Shown one piece after another: positions 1-14,548 of a stretch of DNA of 64,000 nucleotides. Numbering within the stretch: position 1 is the first letter of the stretch; each line of letters begins with the position of its first letter. The DNA is taken from the NCBI GenBank assembly GCA_903813345.2, contig CAIIXF020000001.1, positions 19,468,001 to 19,532,000 of the forward strand, in the 5' to 3' direction. Both the position numbers and the translations under genes were made by a program. This stretch comes from Owenia fusiformis. Lineage: Eukaryota. Under the pieces are notes generated by a model. That model searched no databases and had not been told where the DNA came from. It saw only the letters and a list, made by a program, of their open reading frames with translations.

Positions 1-133
1 ATGTCAGCTGAATTTCAAAATGGCAACCATGATTCATAAAAACATAATTTTGATAATTCAAATACCAGTATTTATCAAAACATGTTTTGTTCGGTGGGAT
101 TTGCTACTCCGTGGAGTTGCTGTTTTTCTAGTT
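1..133 (+). mobile_element. 3' end of a second HINE copy of the same family (truncated by the window start)
   Basis: Reverse complement of ~13297-13450, including the subTIR and hairpin. Confidence 0.8.
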
Positions 134-2724
134 GGTACTTAGTTGTGAAAAATTGGTTAGGTCTTCCATCTTTCTCTTCAAGGGAAAATTTGCTTATGAG
201 ATATACTTGACCTTAACCAAACTTGACTATGGTTCAGACTGAATTGAAATGGCTTAGTGTTTTAAGATAGAAATATTATGTTTACTTTAGAATTATTTCA
301 GTTTTTCTATGTCAGATAGGTGATATTTCTGACATTTTATGTTATATATGTATATTTATGACAGAATATTTTACCCGAAGTGTACATAAATCATGTATAT
401 ATTAGGCTTAGTGCCTGAACAAGTAAATATTATATATTCATATATTTTTCACTCTACCTCTATTATAGTTGACTGTTTTATTAATATTATTACATTGTCA
501 GTCTAATGCATAGCTGCATGAAATGAAATAGATATTCTTATCATTTACTTAGGTAGTAACAGATATGGTTGTGGTTTCTTGGAGCTTTTTGCACGAGACA
601 AATGTTAATTTACTGAAGACTTATCACTCATCATCAAGATTCATCGAATTTGATTTTAGTGGTAGCCCACAATTTAAGTTTGATATTAAAGTTTTATTAT
701 ATCATATATCTATCTGATGTTAAACACTTACATTTTTGAAATTATATCGAACTCTATAAGATTTATTGTAAAAAAACTTAATTTTTAAATACAATTTTGG
801 GGTCAGGTTAAACACAAGTTTGTGGTTTTTCAATAAATGAGTATTAAATATAATGATATTATTATTAAGGGCAACTGACCTGGGGTGCATCTTTCTACAA
901 GGGCACCCAGGTCTATATGAGATTATTTTGTAAATGTTGATTTAAGCAGTTTGTTTTATCTTTCTGGACACCTTGTATTTTATACAGGGTGTCCTCAATG
1001 AATGACTCATTAAGACATAAGCTAAGAATGTCGTAACTTAAGTGATCCCACCACTGGATTTTGTGAATTGCTACTGTGTGAAGCTGTGCAAAGGGCAACT
1101 ATAAATGAATGGTAGAAGTTATTTTATTTCTTTTATCAAACATTTCCTGAAAACTCAATTGGGATGTTGATCTTGTTGACAACCAGATTGTGATTTAACT
1201 TTATACTTGTGATCTACGTCAAGTAAATCGGTTTTTAGATTTTTAACATTATGTCAGTGTAGATTTAGCCTGACCTTTTTCAGAAAACTTAAAAATCATT
1301 TGAAATTGAATACCAGAAAATAATGAAGAATATCAAGTTTCTTCTAGTAGAGAATTGCACACTGAATTTAAATATGTCATCTCATAGAAGAACATTTTAG
1401 TCCTTTATGGTTAAATATGCAAATCTAAAGTTCAAAGATATTTCAAAGTAGGACTGAGAGGTGGAGTACCCCAGGGGTCAAATATGGTCATCTCTATGAT
1501 CATCTCTGAACCCTTGGATACTGATTGGTCAAATGACAGAAACAAAATTTTGTAATGATAATTTCTGGTGTGTTTACCAATATAATAGCTTGTTATTTCA
1601 CGTCAAAATAAAGTAAGAAGTAATCGTACATCGGAAGAGGTGATTTGAGGTGGAATTGTACATCAGTTCAAACATCACATTGGTGTGTGGTAATCAGAAA
1701 CTAGATGGTGGAAATATACTACCAGAGCCTCTATTTGTCAAATCATTTAATCATAAATTTTCTGTTTGAGTGTCCTTTATTGAATAAATAATCAATCTTT
1801 TTTAAAAACATAACTTTTGTTTGTTTTCTTACAGTGAATAATCATTTTAAAAACAAACAATAATCGCTTTGATTTTATACAAAGTTCCTTTTTTATTTCC
1901 ATATTAAAATGGAATTAGCATTTTAGATTCTAATTATGTACACTATACAAGTCATATATATATATAAAACAATATAACTTAATTATAATAAAAAACCTTC
2001 TAGCAACATCTAGAAACAAAGAATAAGTTTTAATAATCTGGAACATTTTATCAACATACACTTACATCAACCCCTTCCCCATTAGGTATTGTCCTAAGTG
2101 AAAGAGGAGAGAGGGTTGAGGTAAGACTAATTAGGAAGTTTAAGCTTGCATGTAAAATCGAAACACCAACTGATATGTATGACCAATCGCCCATACAAAT
2201 GAATCACTTAAATATTTTCTGTTCATATTTAGGTTGTGGAAAACATTGCAAGCTGAAACTCCCTATTATCAACATTTCACTAAAATACTGATGAAAAAGT
2301 TTCAGATTATATGAAGTGTACATGATATGATAATTTATAACAACTATTGTATAGATTTAATATGAATGAGTACTCCCTATAGATGGCAGACAACTCGTAA
2401 ATTGACACCGCATAAATTAAAATTAGTAACAAATTTTCTTTTCATAAATCTTTTCTTTCATGTTCTTCAATATCAAGCGATCTTTGGTATCATCAGATGA
2501 TCAATGTGTTTTTTGAGATTTTAAGCAATATTTTTATGGTAATAATGTACAGAATCAAACCCCCAAAATTTTATGCCATCTATAGACAGTCCCCAAGTCC
2601 ATTGAAAACTCAAGCATGGTGTTTGTGCCAAACAGACAATTAAAATCATAAACACAATTTTGGTGATTACACAGACAAGCCTGCAAATAGGGAAGTAACT
2701 GAAGTTGTTAGGATTTTAGATCTA

Positions 2725-2904
2725 CAGTAAAATCTGTCTTAGTGAACACCTGTCTCTAGTGAGACACATACTACACACAGACACAGATTACTCCGCACAT
2801 ACTCAACTGAATTCTGTATAAATTACCTTCTCTTTATTAAACAACTGCCAACACTGAACATTTTTTCTCTTCAAAAAAATGTTCAATATACACAGGTTTT
2901 ACTG
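2725..2904. mobile_element. Tc1/mariner-type MITE
   Basis: TA|CAGTAAAA..TGT ... ACAGGTTTTACTG|TA. Confidence 0.7.
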
Positions 2905-4363
2905 TACTTGTCAAGCTTAATTATGGACATTTCCATGTTATCTTCTTTATACATGCAGAAATTACTTATGCCTGACATACCACTGTAAACAAGGTCTAAT
3001 GCTGCACCATGTTTGAAGGTTAATATTCAATGTATGACTAAGCACCAATAAGGTACAACACCCATGTCCTCTTAGTTATCAATGTGTCTGGACATAGGAT
3101 CATCATTTTCATCAAAGTTAAATAACTGCTAAATAATATCTGTTGTTTTCAATTTTACCATATATGGGTAATCTCCTCTTCTGCTTAAACTGCTAGTAAT
3201 AACTTAAATGTGCAGGCTTATTTTACAATTTTGCAATTTTACAATAAATTGGTTTAAGAAATGTGCTGGAATTGTGCAAAAAAGAGAGAGAAATTATTTG
3301 GGTGTTTTCACTTTTCAGATACACCTTTAAGTACTTTTATAAGTAATTCATTTTCAATAATATTTAAGTTGATCAGAACTTAAGATTTTAAAATCTCTGA
3401 TGAAACTAGATACCTAATATATCAATTCACAAAGCACATTCTATGTTGCATTACATACATGTGTTTATTGAACACAATCTTATTGAATCATGTATGTGTA
3501 AAAAGTTTTTTTTTGTATTTTTTTGTAAAAAAATCCCTAGATTTTACTAAAATGTCAATTAATCTGCATTGCACGCTACTCTTAATGTACACACTTTTAA
3601 ACCATCAGGCCTAAACAGTTAAAATACATGATGGTTATGCAGTGGAAGGTTTAGGATATATGGTATATCCTGAAGATACAATTTTTCCAAGCAGTAAATT
3701 CCATATCCAAAATCAACCATTAATAAACTGATTTATCCCACACTTACAAAAGTTAGTTCTCAAGAAATAGAAAATACATAAGTAGCAGAAAATATAGCCT
3801 TATCTCCCAGGGTTGAGAAAATATTACTCTTATCTCCCTCAAACCTTGAGTATGGGATAAAGGATTTTACTTTATTCATATTTGATTGTGAGACCATTTA
3901 AATCAGGGGTGGAGCAAGTGTTAACTTTGTGCTTGGTCCACCCCTGATTATGAGTGAGGAGAATCGGTGAGCACCAAATTGCATTTGCCCTAATATGTAC
4001 ATGCATCAATGGATGGTTCATCCCAGAGTTCATTTGCTCTTATATACATTCAAAGTGAGACAATCTCAGAGAACACTCTCCAATACCACAAACATGACAT
4101 TGGATTTCCTCATTCATAATCATAAATATAAATACATGAGTATAAACACACATAAAAAACAAAGCATCAAGCTATTATCAAACACATTTTTTCATTTTGT
4201 CGACACATTGGAACAGTACATTCCAACACTAGATATTGTTAAAGATATTAAATTGGAATGAGAATATCCCTTGAAGCGTATTAACTTTTCAGATGAGTAT
4301 TACTTTTACTTCATAGTGTTTGCACAAGATAAAATCCTAGACTAATTTTACTTCAATATCAAG

Positions 4364-6312
4364 TTACACTATTGAGGCCCCACTGCTGGACATCCTAATA
4401 CCCCCTGGATTCATTCCATATCCTGGGTTACCAAAGTTGCCACCCTGCTCTCCCTCATCATACTGTGGTCCATTCCCATAATGCCCTGGTCTGTCTGCTC
4501 TCTGATAGCCTTGTGATGGATTAGAACTATATCTTGGCTCAGGATCATAATTTGTAGGGGGTGGTGGCCTTGCTGGATAGGAAAATTGATTTGGTTGTTG
4601 ATAACCTCGGGGTTCCAACTCTGTATATGGGGGCTCTTGGATTGTACTGGGTAGAGGGGGTCTCTCGGGGACCTGAGGGGGGTCTGAGGATGCAGGAGAG
4701 TTTTGCTGGAATGGAGGCTGACCGAAGACCTGGGCTTGATTCTGGTAAACAGGCTGTTGTTTTCTTGATGGATTTGATTCAACAGATTGAGTTGGTCTTG
4801 AAGGATTTGACATTTGAAATTGAGGGGGCTGGGCTTGAGACATATGAGGCTGAGATTTTTGCCCATATGGTGGGGCATTATATGCAGAACTTGGGGGATT
4901 TTGTTGATTCTGATGTTCAGCTTGTGGCTTGATGACAGGGTTGGCATTGTATGGGTTAGCAGAATACCTCGGTGGGGGAGGGCTTTCTGGGGGGTAAAGC
5001 ACTCTTGCAACTGAAGGATGGTTAGAGGACTGGGGGGCATTGGCAGGGAGTGAGGATTGTGGGGAACGTGTTGGAGGGGGTGGTTTGTTCTGTTGATTGT
5101 TATAGTTCTCAGGCACTTTGGGAGGCTGAGGTCGTCCTACATTTTTATATGGGGGTGAAGAGGGTGGGGAATCATTACGAGGTCTAGGGAACTCCCTGAG
5201 CTCAGGTGGTGGGGATGGCAAGGGAGGGGTTGTGGGTGAGCGTGACAGGATTTCTTGGCGATCATAAATATTTGATTTAGGCCTTATATTGTCCACCCTG
5301 GGTGGTCTTGTAGCCCCAGGTAGTGATCTATAGTCTGGTTGGCTAGCTCCAGGAGAGTTATGTTGCACTGCATTGTGAGATCTACTATCAGGATTATTTA
5401 CATGTGATGATCTGGCTGCCTTGGGGGAGGAGGCAGCCATTGGAAGATCAGCCTTCAGTTGGCCCAAACTGGGTAGTGGCATAGGGGGCCTCTCAGGCTC
5501 TACCCCTTTAGCTGGCCTTCCTGGGGGGTTAGCTTGGTAGCCCCCACCTTGGGGGTGTCTATCAGCAGGTGGCTCCTCTTCAATTGTACTAGGATACTGG
5601 GCATGATGGATCTGCATAGGGGCATGCTTAGGGGGTCTGTATTGCCCATACTGCATATGGTTGCTCTCCCTACTACTGTTACTTTCCTCAGACCCAATAC
5701 GTCGCACTTCAGTGCTAGGGTTACTGTTACTATGGTTACCAGCAGTTGTTTGAGTGTTGCCATGGCGACCATGAGGAGGAATGTGATTGCCATGACCAGC
5801 AGGATTTGTACTGATGCTTAAATTAGGGTCATCCTGGGATGTCTGTGAAGCATATGCTGGGGGTGATTCACTGTCACTCCCATAGTGGTGTTCATTATGG
5901 CTAACCTGTACCCATGGCAACTGTTCCCTAGGTGCCTCATCACTTTTTCTATTCGTCCTATTTGATCTTTGTGTATTATTTTCCTCTAGCCGATCACGTG
6001 ATCTGCTCCTACTACCACGTCTATTCTGACTCCGTCCACTTGACCGAGTCCGATCTCTGGAGCGGTCACGATCTCGTGATCGGCTTCGTTTACTTGAACG
6101 GGTAGTTCCATTGTCAGTGGTATCCCCCTGAGGTGGCCTGCCACGACTGCGCTCGATCTCCAGAGTGGGGGCACCACTGAGTACACGTTCTACAGTGTCA
6201 AAGTTTGTTCTAGTATTAGTCTGGTAAGTCATGTTGTCATTATACTGATCCTGAGCTCCTGGGGTCTTGTAGCGCATCTTAATATACTCTAACTCATCAT
6301 TGGCTGGTTGCA
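4364..6312 (-). CDS. NKAIN: Long terminal exon encoding a ~650-aa Pro/Gln/Ser/Arg-rich disordered tail, most likely an NKAIN long isoform
   Basis: GC-rich 649-codon ORF starting exactly at a tttgcag acceptor (phase 1); in frame with exon 5 or the 78-bp cassette; ends ...GASIV-stop. Confidence 0.8.
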
Positions 6313-8302
6313 CTGCAAATATAGATAGCGCTCATGAGTGACAATTATTCAAATCATCATCGGAAAATATAATTGAATAAGTCATTTATTAGAATATTAT
6401 ATCCTGTTATACAGGAGTGAGATAAGATATTTTTATGAAATATTCACCAACTAATAATAATTTTGGGTGGATCTAATATACATAATGTATTATACTCACT
6501 ATAATCCATGTTCTTACATTAACAAAATCATATATAAAGTACAAGACAGGGGAACCACATGTGTTAATCTGTTATACAACATTTAGTACATATACAGACA
6601 ATAAAGATACATACACATACTAACAGCAAGCAAAGCTAACAACTTAGTATATAAAGCAAAACACTATACATATACATACAGGCCCTATACTACAAACATA
6701 AGACCCTATACTAACAAAATGCCTAGTAGCAGGTATCTAAAATAGATTACATGATTGAAGATGCTTTAAGACTATTGTAAGTTCTGGGAGAGAATATTAT
6801 GAATTTAAAATACAAATAATGGCAGCAAATACTTGTACAGTATAAAACATGGAAAACAAAAAACAACAATAAAGCAATAAAGTTGCATATGATATAATAG
6901 CTTAAAAGAGCTGATGAAAATTACAAATAGGATTTGTAACAATGTAAATTAAATAAAATATGTGTACGCTACATAAGTGTTCAAAACCTCCATACATGTA
7001 TTTATCATTGAACAATGGTTTTATTCAATGATATTAGGCAGGTGTTTTCAATGTCTTTTTCAACAAAATGTTTTAGACATCAGCGTCATTGTAAAATGAC
7101 AGTGATGTCCGGGTGTTAGATTTTGTATTGCACTGTATTGAATAAAGAACATATCCAAGTCACATGTGCCAATCAGATTGCTAGAAATTTCCCTGTCATT
7201 GAATATAATAATATGCCAATTACTGAAGGAGCGGATTCATTAAGCGATAATTTTATTGGCTGTTTTCCTTGGAAAAGTTCTTCACTGAATCTCACTAAAT
7301 TTCTCAGCTCCTTCAACATAGAGTATGACATCATCCATTTTATCTATATTCACATTTCCAGTATCGTTACACTTTTCCTTATACTGGTTTCTTACATCAA
7401 TTAAGTATAATATGTTTTGGGAAACATCCCAGATCCAGTTGATCATTATGTATATTGTCCATTTCACAGGTACCATCCAGAACCATTGAAGCAAGCAATC
7501 AATGGGGTCTGGATAACCATACATTTCCTCAACAGGTAAAATGTGACCTTATCTCATTTTACATGAACACTCCCGTAAGCGAAGATGAGCATCCTACAAC
7601 TTGAACATGTTAAGCCCAGTCAGTAAAGTATTTACCTCATAGGGGCCTAGTGGGCATTCCTTGAGTTTCTATACAATTTATGATCATGCAACAGTCACAT
7701 GCAGCATGCCTGAGTAAGCACATCATACAAGCATATAGCATTCCTGCATACTACAGTTTCTTCAATACAAGAACACCTATAATAGTGTTCAAGTGTTCAG
7801 CTATAGCATATACTGAGAGAAGGCATACATATTATAAGAGGGTGTAGGGGGACACTTCTCCATCTACGGCTTATACATGTGAAAATGCAGTATGCCTATA
7901 CCTCTGTTGTCAAGCATGCAGTTGATCATGCAAACATACTTGACAAGAAGGAAGAATTATTCAACCCTACATGGAAGGATCAAGGACAAATTTCAGCATC
8001 ATCAACCATGTTTCGTTTATCCTCCACATCTAAACAAAACTCCTCGAATTTGAAATTTACTCATTTTGAACCCAGTTAAAAACCCATTTCGTAAATGTTG
8101 TATATTAAAGAAATGAAATGTTTAAATATATTGACCAAAAGTTTTGACTGTTTTTGACAAAATTTGATGAAATCATAATTTTGCACCCCATTTAGGGAAT
8201 ACTCCAGAGGTTACAAGAGATGAGTGACGATGATGACCTTTGCCCTCAGAGATTCCCCTCAAATGCCTTCACATATTTATTTGACGACATTCCTAAACTT
8301 AC

Positions 8303-8380
8303 CAAGGTCAATATTACTACCATGAGGGTTCTCCCTATTAGATCTCGAGCTCTGTCCTTTCGTGTAAGTCATCCAAGCAA
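8303..8380 (-). CDS. NKAIN: Putative NKAIN symmetric cassette exon (FAWMTYTKGQSSRSNRENPHGSNIDL)
   Basis: ccacag acceptor, TTG|GTAAGT donor, 78 bp, phase 1-1; bridges exon 5 and the long terminal exon in frame. Confidence 0.6.
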
Positions 8381-8527
8381 CTGTGGATTGCAAGAAAATT
8401 GGGGTAAACTCAAAGTTGAACAAACCACACAACGCACTATACAAGCTACTATTTAAACCTAGCTTAGATAAGTAACTTTTTACAAAATTACCTTATATGA
8501 CAAGGAAGGAAAAAAGAGACACTCTTA

Positions 8528-8702
8528 CATGGGGTTTCGTTAGCAGCAGGCAACATGTGATTTTCACCGGTTGTTTTCACAAAATTGCCCGTTGTTTTTA
8601 GGGACTTTTCAACTTTTCCATGTTAAATTTATGATTTCCATTAATTTTGCCTGTTGTTTTCATTTATTTAGCCTGTTGTGAGAAATTCTAGTGAAACCCC
8701 TG
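8528..8702. mobile_element. hAT-like MITE; related copy at ~29104-29210
   Basis: GGGGTTTC...GAAACCCCTG termini; CTCTTA on both sides. Confidence 0.6.
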
Positions 8703-9976
8703 CTCTTATCACTTGTGTAAATTGTAGGATCAAGGGCGTCTCGCCCAAAATAACATTGATCTCTCGAATAGACCAGAATGGCAAATATTTTTTCAAGAAC
8801 GAATCACGAGGGATCCCAGATTCACAGATATATGTGTCAAAGAGGACTGTTCTTTGATAGTTTTTATCCAATCTTCTGAAATTGAACATCACATATAAGG
8901 AACGAAATGTCCAAAACTGACAAAAATTTGCTCTTGATTCAAACTAGAATCCAAGTCTACATTAGGAGCAATTATCTAAGCTAGATGTTAGCAGAGCTTA
9001 CGAGCTGGATATTTCTCAAAACTATTGGGCTACATTACTCATAAAGGATTATGAAGCAAGGGTATTAGGGTTTGGGGAATAGGAATTAATATTCAAATGC
9101 ATGCATGTTGGTATGTTATTTCTGATATGAGCTTGTGTAAAGCAGTTGTAAGATGATGGTGCACTTAAAACTCTTGTCTTTCTCACTCAATATTTCATTC
9201 CCATTTGTATCAAAATCTACTGAATATCCAACAATGGAGGAAAGTTCCCAAGATGCATTCTGTGAAAAATTCAGATACCGTTCTGATTCTGTTTTCGTAT
9301 GAATACATAACCGTATAACTTTATGATAAACACATAGACATAATTTTCAATCATAAGTGTATAGCGTTCCTTGGAAATATGATTGTCATTGGCCATCTTC
9401 CTGGAGGACCTGTGTAAAGAGGAATAGGTTAGACAATAGAGGGTGCACTGTGATATTTCGCAAAAGCAATGCTATTTAAAAAAGAAATAAGTGATGTTTT
9501 CTCAATGAGATATATACAATATGTTTCATGTTATATTTGTGACAAATGAAGCCTGCAATTCACTGAAAAGAAAGCTTACAAAAGATTTTAACAAAGAACA
9601 CAATATAAGAATGTTAAAAATCATGGGCTCAAGGCATAGCTAGGCATGAGGTAGATGAGGCATTTTTCAATTGAAACTATGAAAATGAAGTCTAATGATT
9701 ATAATACAGTGTCTCAATTTTTGCCTCACCTCTTCAAATTTGCCTCATTATTTTCATAGCCTGGTTACATCCCAACAGATGATTCATTGTTAATGGGAAT
9801 ACTTCATTTATATACTCGTACTTTAGTATATTTTTGTCTAAACTACAGTAATGTTATTACTTATGTTTGGCCTATTTCTTGAATTCTGATACAATTTTCA
9901 TGCTGCCTAAACATTGAAGCAGTGGCCTAATTGTTCTCCAAATTGAAACACAAATCATAGTTCATTGTTTGTCTTA

Positions 9977-10177
9977 GCTTGTATTCACGAATGCAAATAA
10001 TGGTTACCGGCTAGCAAGTTGATTGCAATTTGATGGCAAACTCATTTTAATATGAATAGCACCTGCCGTGTATCCTGGTGACTGATTAGCCAATTCGCTA
10101 ACTTATGGGTTAATTTATGAAAATTAATAGATTAATCTGGTAGCTGACAGCCGTAAGTTGCATTCGTGAATACAAGC
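9977..10177. mobile_element. MITE with 20-bp perfect TIR
   Basis: GCTTGTATTCACGAATGCAA / TTGCATTCGTGAATACAAGC, flanked by TTA and TAA. Confidence 0.7.
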
Positions 10178-11441
10178 TAAGTTGTGCTTCAATCTAATAT
10201 ATCATGCCATCTACTGGTTGTGATGTCATCCTTCAGTTACTTGGCAGTCAGCAGAAATAGGATTAACCAATTTTCAAAGACTTCTAACAATTCTATTTTC
10301 AAGCATTGCTCTCTGCAAATCATGCAAAGTACAATACCAAATAATTACATCATTTATTGGAATATTCTATTCAGAGATGTATCATACATGCCACACATGC
10401 TTTGCACCTAAATATTCAGAACAAAGTTGTAAAGCAATGCTTTTCAAAAAGTTAGATGAAAAAGCAAGACAAATAATGTTCTGCATAGATTCATCATCTA
10501 AAAATCTATTTTAATAAATAAAGATTAAAAAATATCTAAGCTTGAGAAAGTAAGAACTCAGAACTGCAATATAATCTTTCTCTTTCTTGCATAAGTGTAC
10601 TCTAAAAATATTCCTGCGCTAAAAAGTGATATAATAAACAATCATCACACACACAGCCATAGACCTACACATAGATGGAGTTACTATCACCCAAGCATAC
10701 ACGTCAGACATTTCCTCAATACAACTTTTTCAACATTGAGAAAATGAAGATTTTTAAACCTTATAAATATCCCTTCCAAGTTCAGTTTTTATGGCATCTA
10801 ACACATAAAATGGCTCCTCATGCAGTATATGGAACATAATAGCAAATACTTTTAGAAAGTTGACCCATTTCTTAATCTATACATAGAAAACGAGGTGATA
10901 CTGTATGCTATTTCTAAACACTGAAGTGAAAATCCTTGATTTTATCAACAAATGACAGGTGTTATGTTATGTTAATACATAGGCCAAAATAGGATTTCAC
11001 ACAGAAGCCAATACAAAACAATATTGTGATATTATTTCCATGCATAAACAATTACTTATCTAAAGTGAGAAAACCTCACAAAGAAATGACCGTAAGAACC
11101 AAAAACATACAAAAGAGCTGATTATTTTGAAATCAACTAACAAAAAAGCCAATATGCAAACTTGGGTGATACAAACATTCCAACTACCTTGCTAAATTGA
11201 CCTTTTGACCCAATGTTGACCTTCACCAAAATTCTTTCTGATAAATTTTTATATTCTTCTTATATTAGATTTTCAGTCTTTCAACAAATGTTCTAGTTAA
11301 ACTTAATAAATAAAATGCAAAAACATATAAAAATTTGCAGAAAATAAATTGTAATACTTGCTTGACCATTATACCAGAGAAAATTATTCTGAGTATAAGT
11401 CAATGGCAAGGGTGAAGGTCATTTAGGTCTGAGGTCAATCA

Positions 11442-11621
<180 letters not shown>

Positions 11622-13296
11622 CTACCACTGGAACCATTTTTCAACTGAATAACATTTACATATTTTAGTGTACTCCACCATGCTAAAATGGTAATAATAA
11701 TCAACTGAAATCACAAATCCTAAAGAATAGTTCCCTTCGAGACATTCAGGGAATAGTCATAGCTTATATATTACATAACTTTTCCATTAAGTTTGGCTTA
11801 GGTGGCATTGCTATCAATGTAATATGGATGAGGTGTGAGTTCAAGTCCTATGAGAAGGGAGTGACATTTTACAGCGGCTCAGCTCTATTCAGGGGCGTCA
11901 TATTACTAAATCTAATATATAATTAAAGCCATGAATGTTCAGAAAATGCACTAGCATAGAAAGGTTTGGATGTAACAGTTTGAAATATAGAAATACATTT
12001 GGAAAAGTTTGAAACTGCTATTTACAATCATGAAAATAAAATATCATAATAGGAAAGAGATATCTAATATACTACTTGAAATAGGCCAAATAGAACAAAG
12101 ACCCTTTTACATGTTGGCCTGCAAAAGGACAAGAATCTCTAGAAAATGTCCTATTCAGCCTACCTTAAGTGCAGGGTTAGTAAAATGGATTAAAATACTA
12201 ACAGAGTAAAATGCTAAATATGCATGGATTCACTATTACAGAACATTATAACATTATAATATTGTGCTAAATGTGCTCTTAAACATGGTGCTCTTAATGC
12301 AAATTGAATTCAGAATTTAATGGCTAATTATCATTTCTAGTACTCAAAGTGACTTGTAATGCAAATGTATAAGATGTACCTAAAATGGAGTTATAGTTAA
12401 ACCCCAACGTACACCAATGGGAACAGCATAGACTTATTATTATGCACACTGTGCAAAGCTTGGTGGGACGTTTACCTTAGGGACTCAAATAGAATAAGAT
12501 CCCATGTGACTTGATGGGCCCATTGGTGTACATTGGGCTTAATGGTGTTCTTATCAACACAGATATACAGAACTCAAGCATAAATTCCTGTATTGACATA
12601 TATGACATGGAAAAGGAGTGAGTTCAAATCCCACATCTACATCCTCTCCCACATACATTAATAAAAGAGCACAAACGTACAATAAAGTAAATTTTAATAC
12701 TTGAGAAAACAAGGTTTATTTCATACATGTACAGTATCAAACATGCAAACTCCATTCAGAAAACACATAGACACAAGAAACAACACTCAGACACAATAAT
12801 ACAGATACAAAACAGAAACAAACAGTATGTAGTAACAAAAGAAATACAAAACAACAGTAAAGAAAAATCAAATGTTAGATTAAGGCAGAACTAATTGGGT
12901 GTTAACTATAAACTACAGAAGCATGATGGGGGGAAAGAATTACACATAAATTAAGTTTTTCCTGATATATGTTAGCTTTTAAAGCTTAAGGTATAAACGA
13001 TACAAAAAACAATACATTGCACCAAGCCCACATTTTGTGAGGTGCAGATGACACCATACAACATGAAATTCTATAATTGATATACAGCATGAAAATTAAC
13101 TTGAAAAACAGCAACTCCCTGGGGTAGTATATCCCAATGTATCCTGACAGACAAACAGGTGGATGGACGAATAGACAGACAACTTCTCAATATCCTTAGT
13201 TTAATTTAGTTAGATTTGATAATAAATAGTTGATTGATATACCAGGTGAGAAATACAAAATGTAATTTTGCTTTTGATTTACTAGTATACAATGAA

Positions 13297-14548
13297 AACT
13301 AGAAAAACAGCAACTCCACGGAGTAGCAAATCCCACCGAACAAAACATGTTTTAATAAAAAAATTGAGCCAAATTCATCCACTGGTATTTGAATTATCAA
13401 ATATTATGTCTATATGAAACATGGTTGCCATTTTGAAATTCAGCTGTCATCTTTAGATTTCTTCTTTAGCAGAGAATGTCCGTCCAATGGTATCTGGGTT
13501 ATCAAAGATTATTTTTTAATGAAAAATGGCAGCCATTTTGAAATTCAGCTATTGCCTTTGAAATTTCTTCTGAAGCAGATCTCCTTTTTCCCTTTACATG
13601 AAAAATGGTGGCCATTTTGAAATTCAGTGGCCATCTTGAAAATTTATTTTTGAGCAGAACTTCTTTGTCTCTAGGTATCAGAGTATAGAATTTGAACCAA
13701 ATCCGTCAACTGGTATTTGAGTTATCAATGGTTACGTTCTTTTATGAAAAATGGCGGTCATTTTAAAATTTAGCTACCACCTTGAAAATCCCTTCTCGAG
13801 CAGAGCTCCTATGTCCCTAGGCATCATCATGTAAAATTTGAACCAAATCCATTCAATGGTAATTGAGTCATCAAAGATAATATTTTTTTATGAAAAATGG
13901 CCACCATTTTGAAATTTAGCTGCCATCTTGAAAATTCTTTCTTGAGCAGAGCTCCTATGTCCCTAGGCATCAGCATCTAAAATTTAAACCAAATCCATTC
14001 AATGGTATTTGAGTAATCAAAGATAACGTTTTTTTACGAAAAATGGCCGCCATTTTGAAATTTAGCTGCCATCTTGAAAATCCTTTCTCGAGCAGAGCTC
14101 CTATGTCCCTAGGCATCAGCATCTAAAATTTGAACCAAATCCATTCAATGGTCTTTGAGTTATCAAAGATAACGTTTTTTTACAAAAAATGGCCGCCATT
14201 TTGAAATTTGGTGGCCATCTTGAAAATGTCTTCTTGAGCAAGGCTCCTTTGTACCAAGGCAACAGCATATAAAATTTGAACCAAATCCATGAACTAGTAT
14301 TTGAGTTATTAAAGATTATATTTTTTCCGAAAAATGGCCGCCATTTTGAATTAAGCGGCCATATTGAAAATTCCTTCTCGAGCAGAGGTCCTACACCCAT
14401 AAGGCATAAGCCTATAAAATTTGAATGAAATCCGTCAACCGGTATTTGAGTTATTGCCCGGACACACGAACGGACGGACGAACGGACGGACGGACGAACG
14501 GACGGACGGCTTTTCTATATCCCCCTCGAACTTCGTTCGGTGGGATAA
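13297..14548 (-). mobile_element. Helentron-associated non-autonomous element (HINE/DINE-1-like) with central 146-bp repeats
   Basis: Subterminal IRs ATCCCACCGAAC / GTTCGGTGGGAT, 5' palindrome, (GTCC/GTTC)n microsatellite 14467-14508, ~146-bp tandem core, 3' hairpin GCTACTCCGTGGAGTTGC, T-rich ends. Confidence 0.82.

Noticed and set aside
4411-5821. Overlapping ORFs of 66-209 aa in other frames and on the other strand
   Set aside because: Shadows of the GC-rich, low-complexity long exon.
7282-7524. 80-aa minus-strand ORF between NKAIN 3' exons
   Set aside because: No convincing acceptor or recognisable homology.
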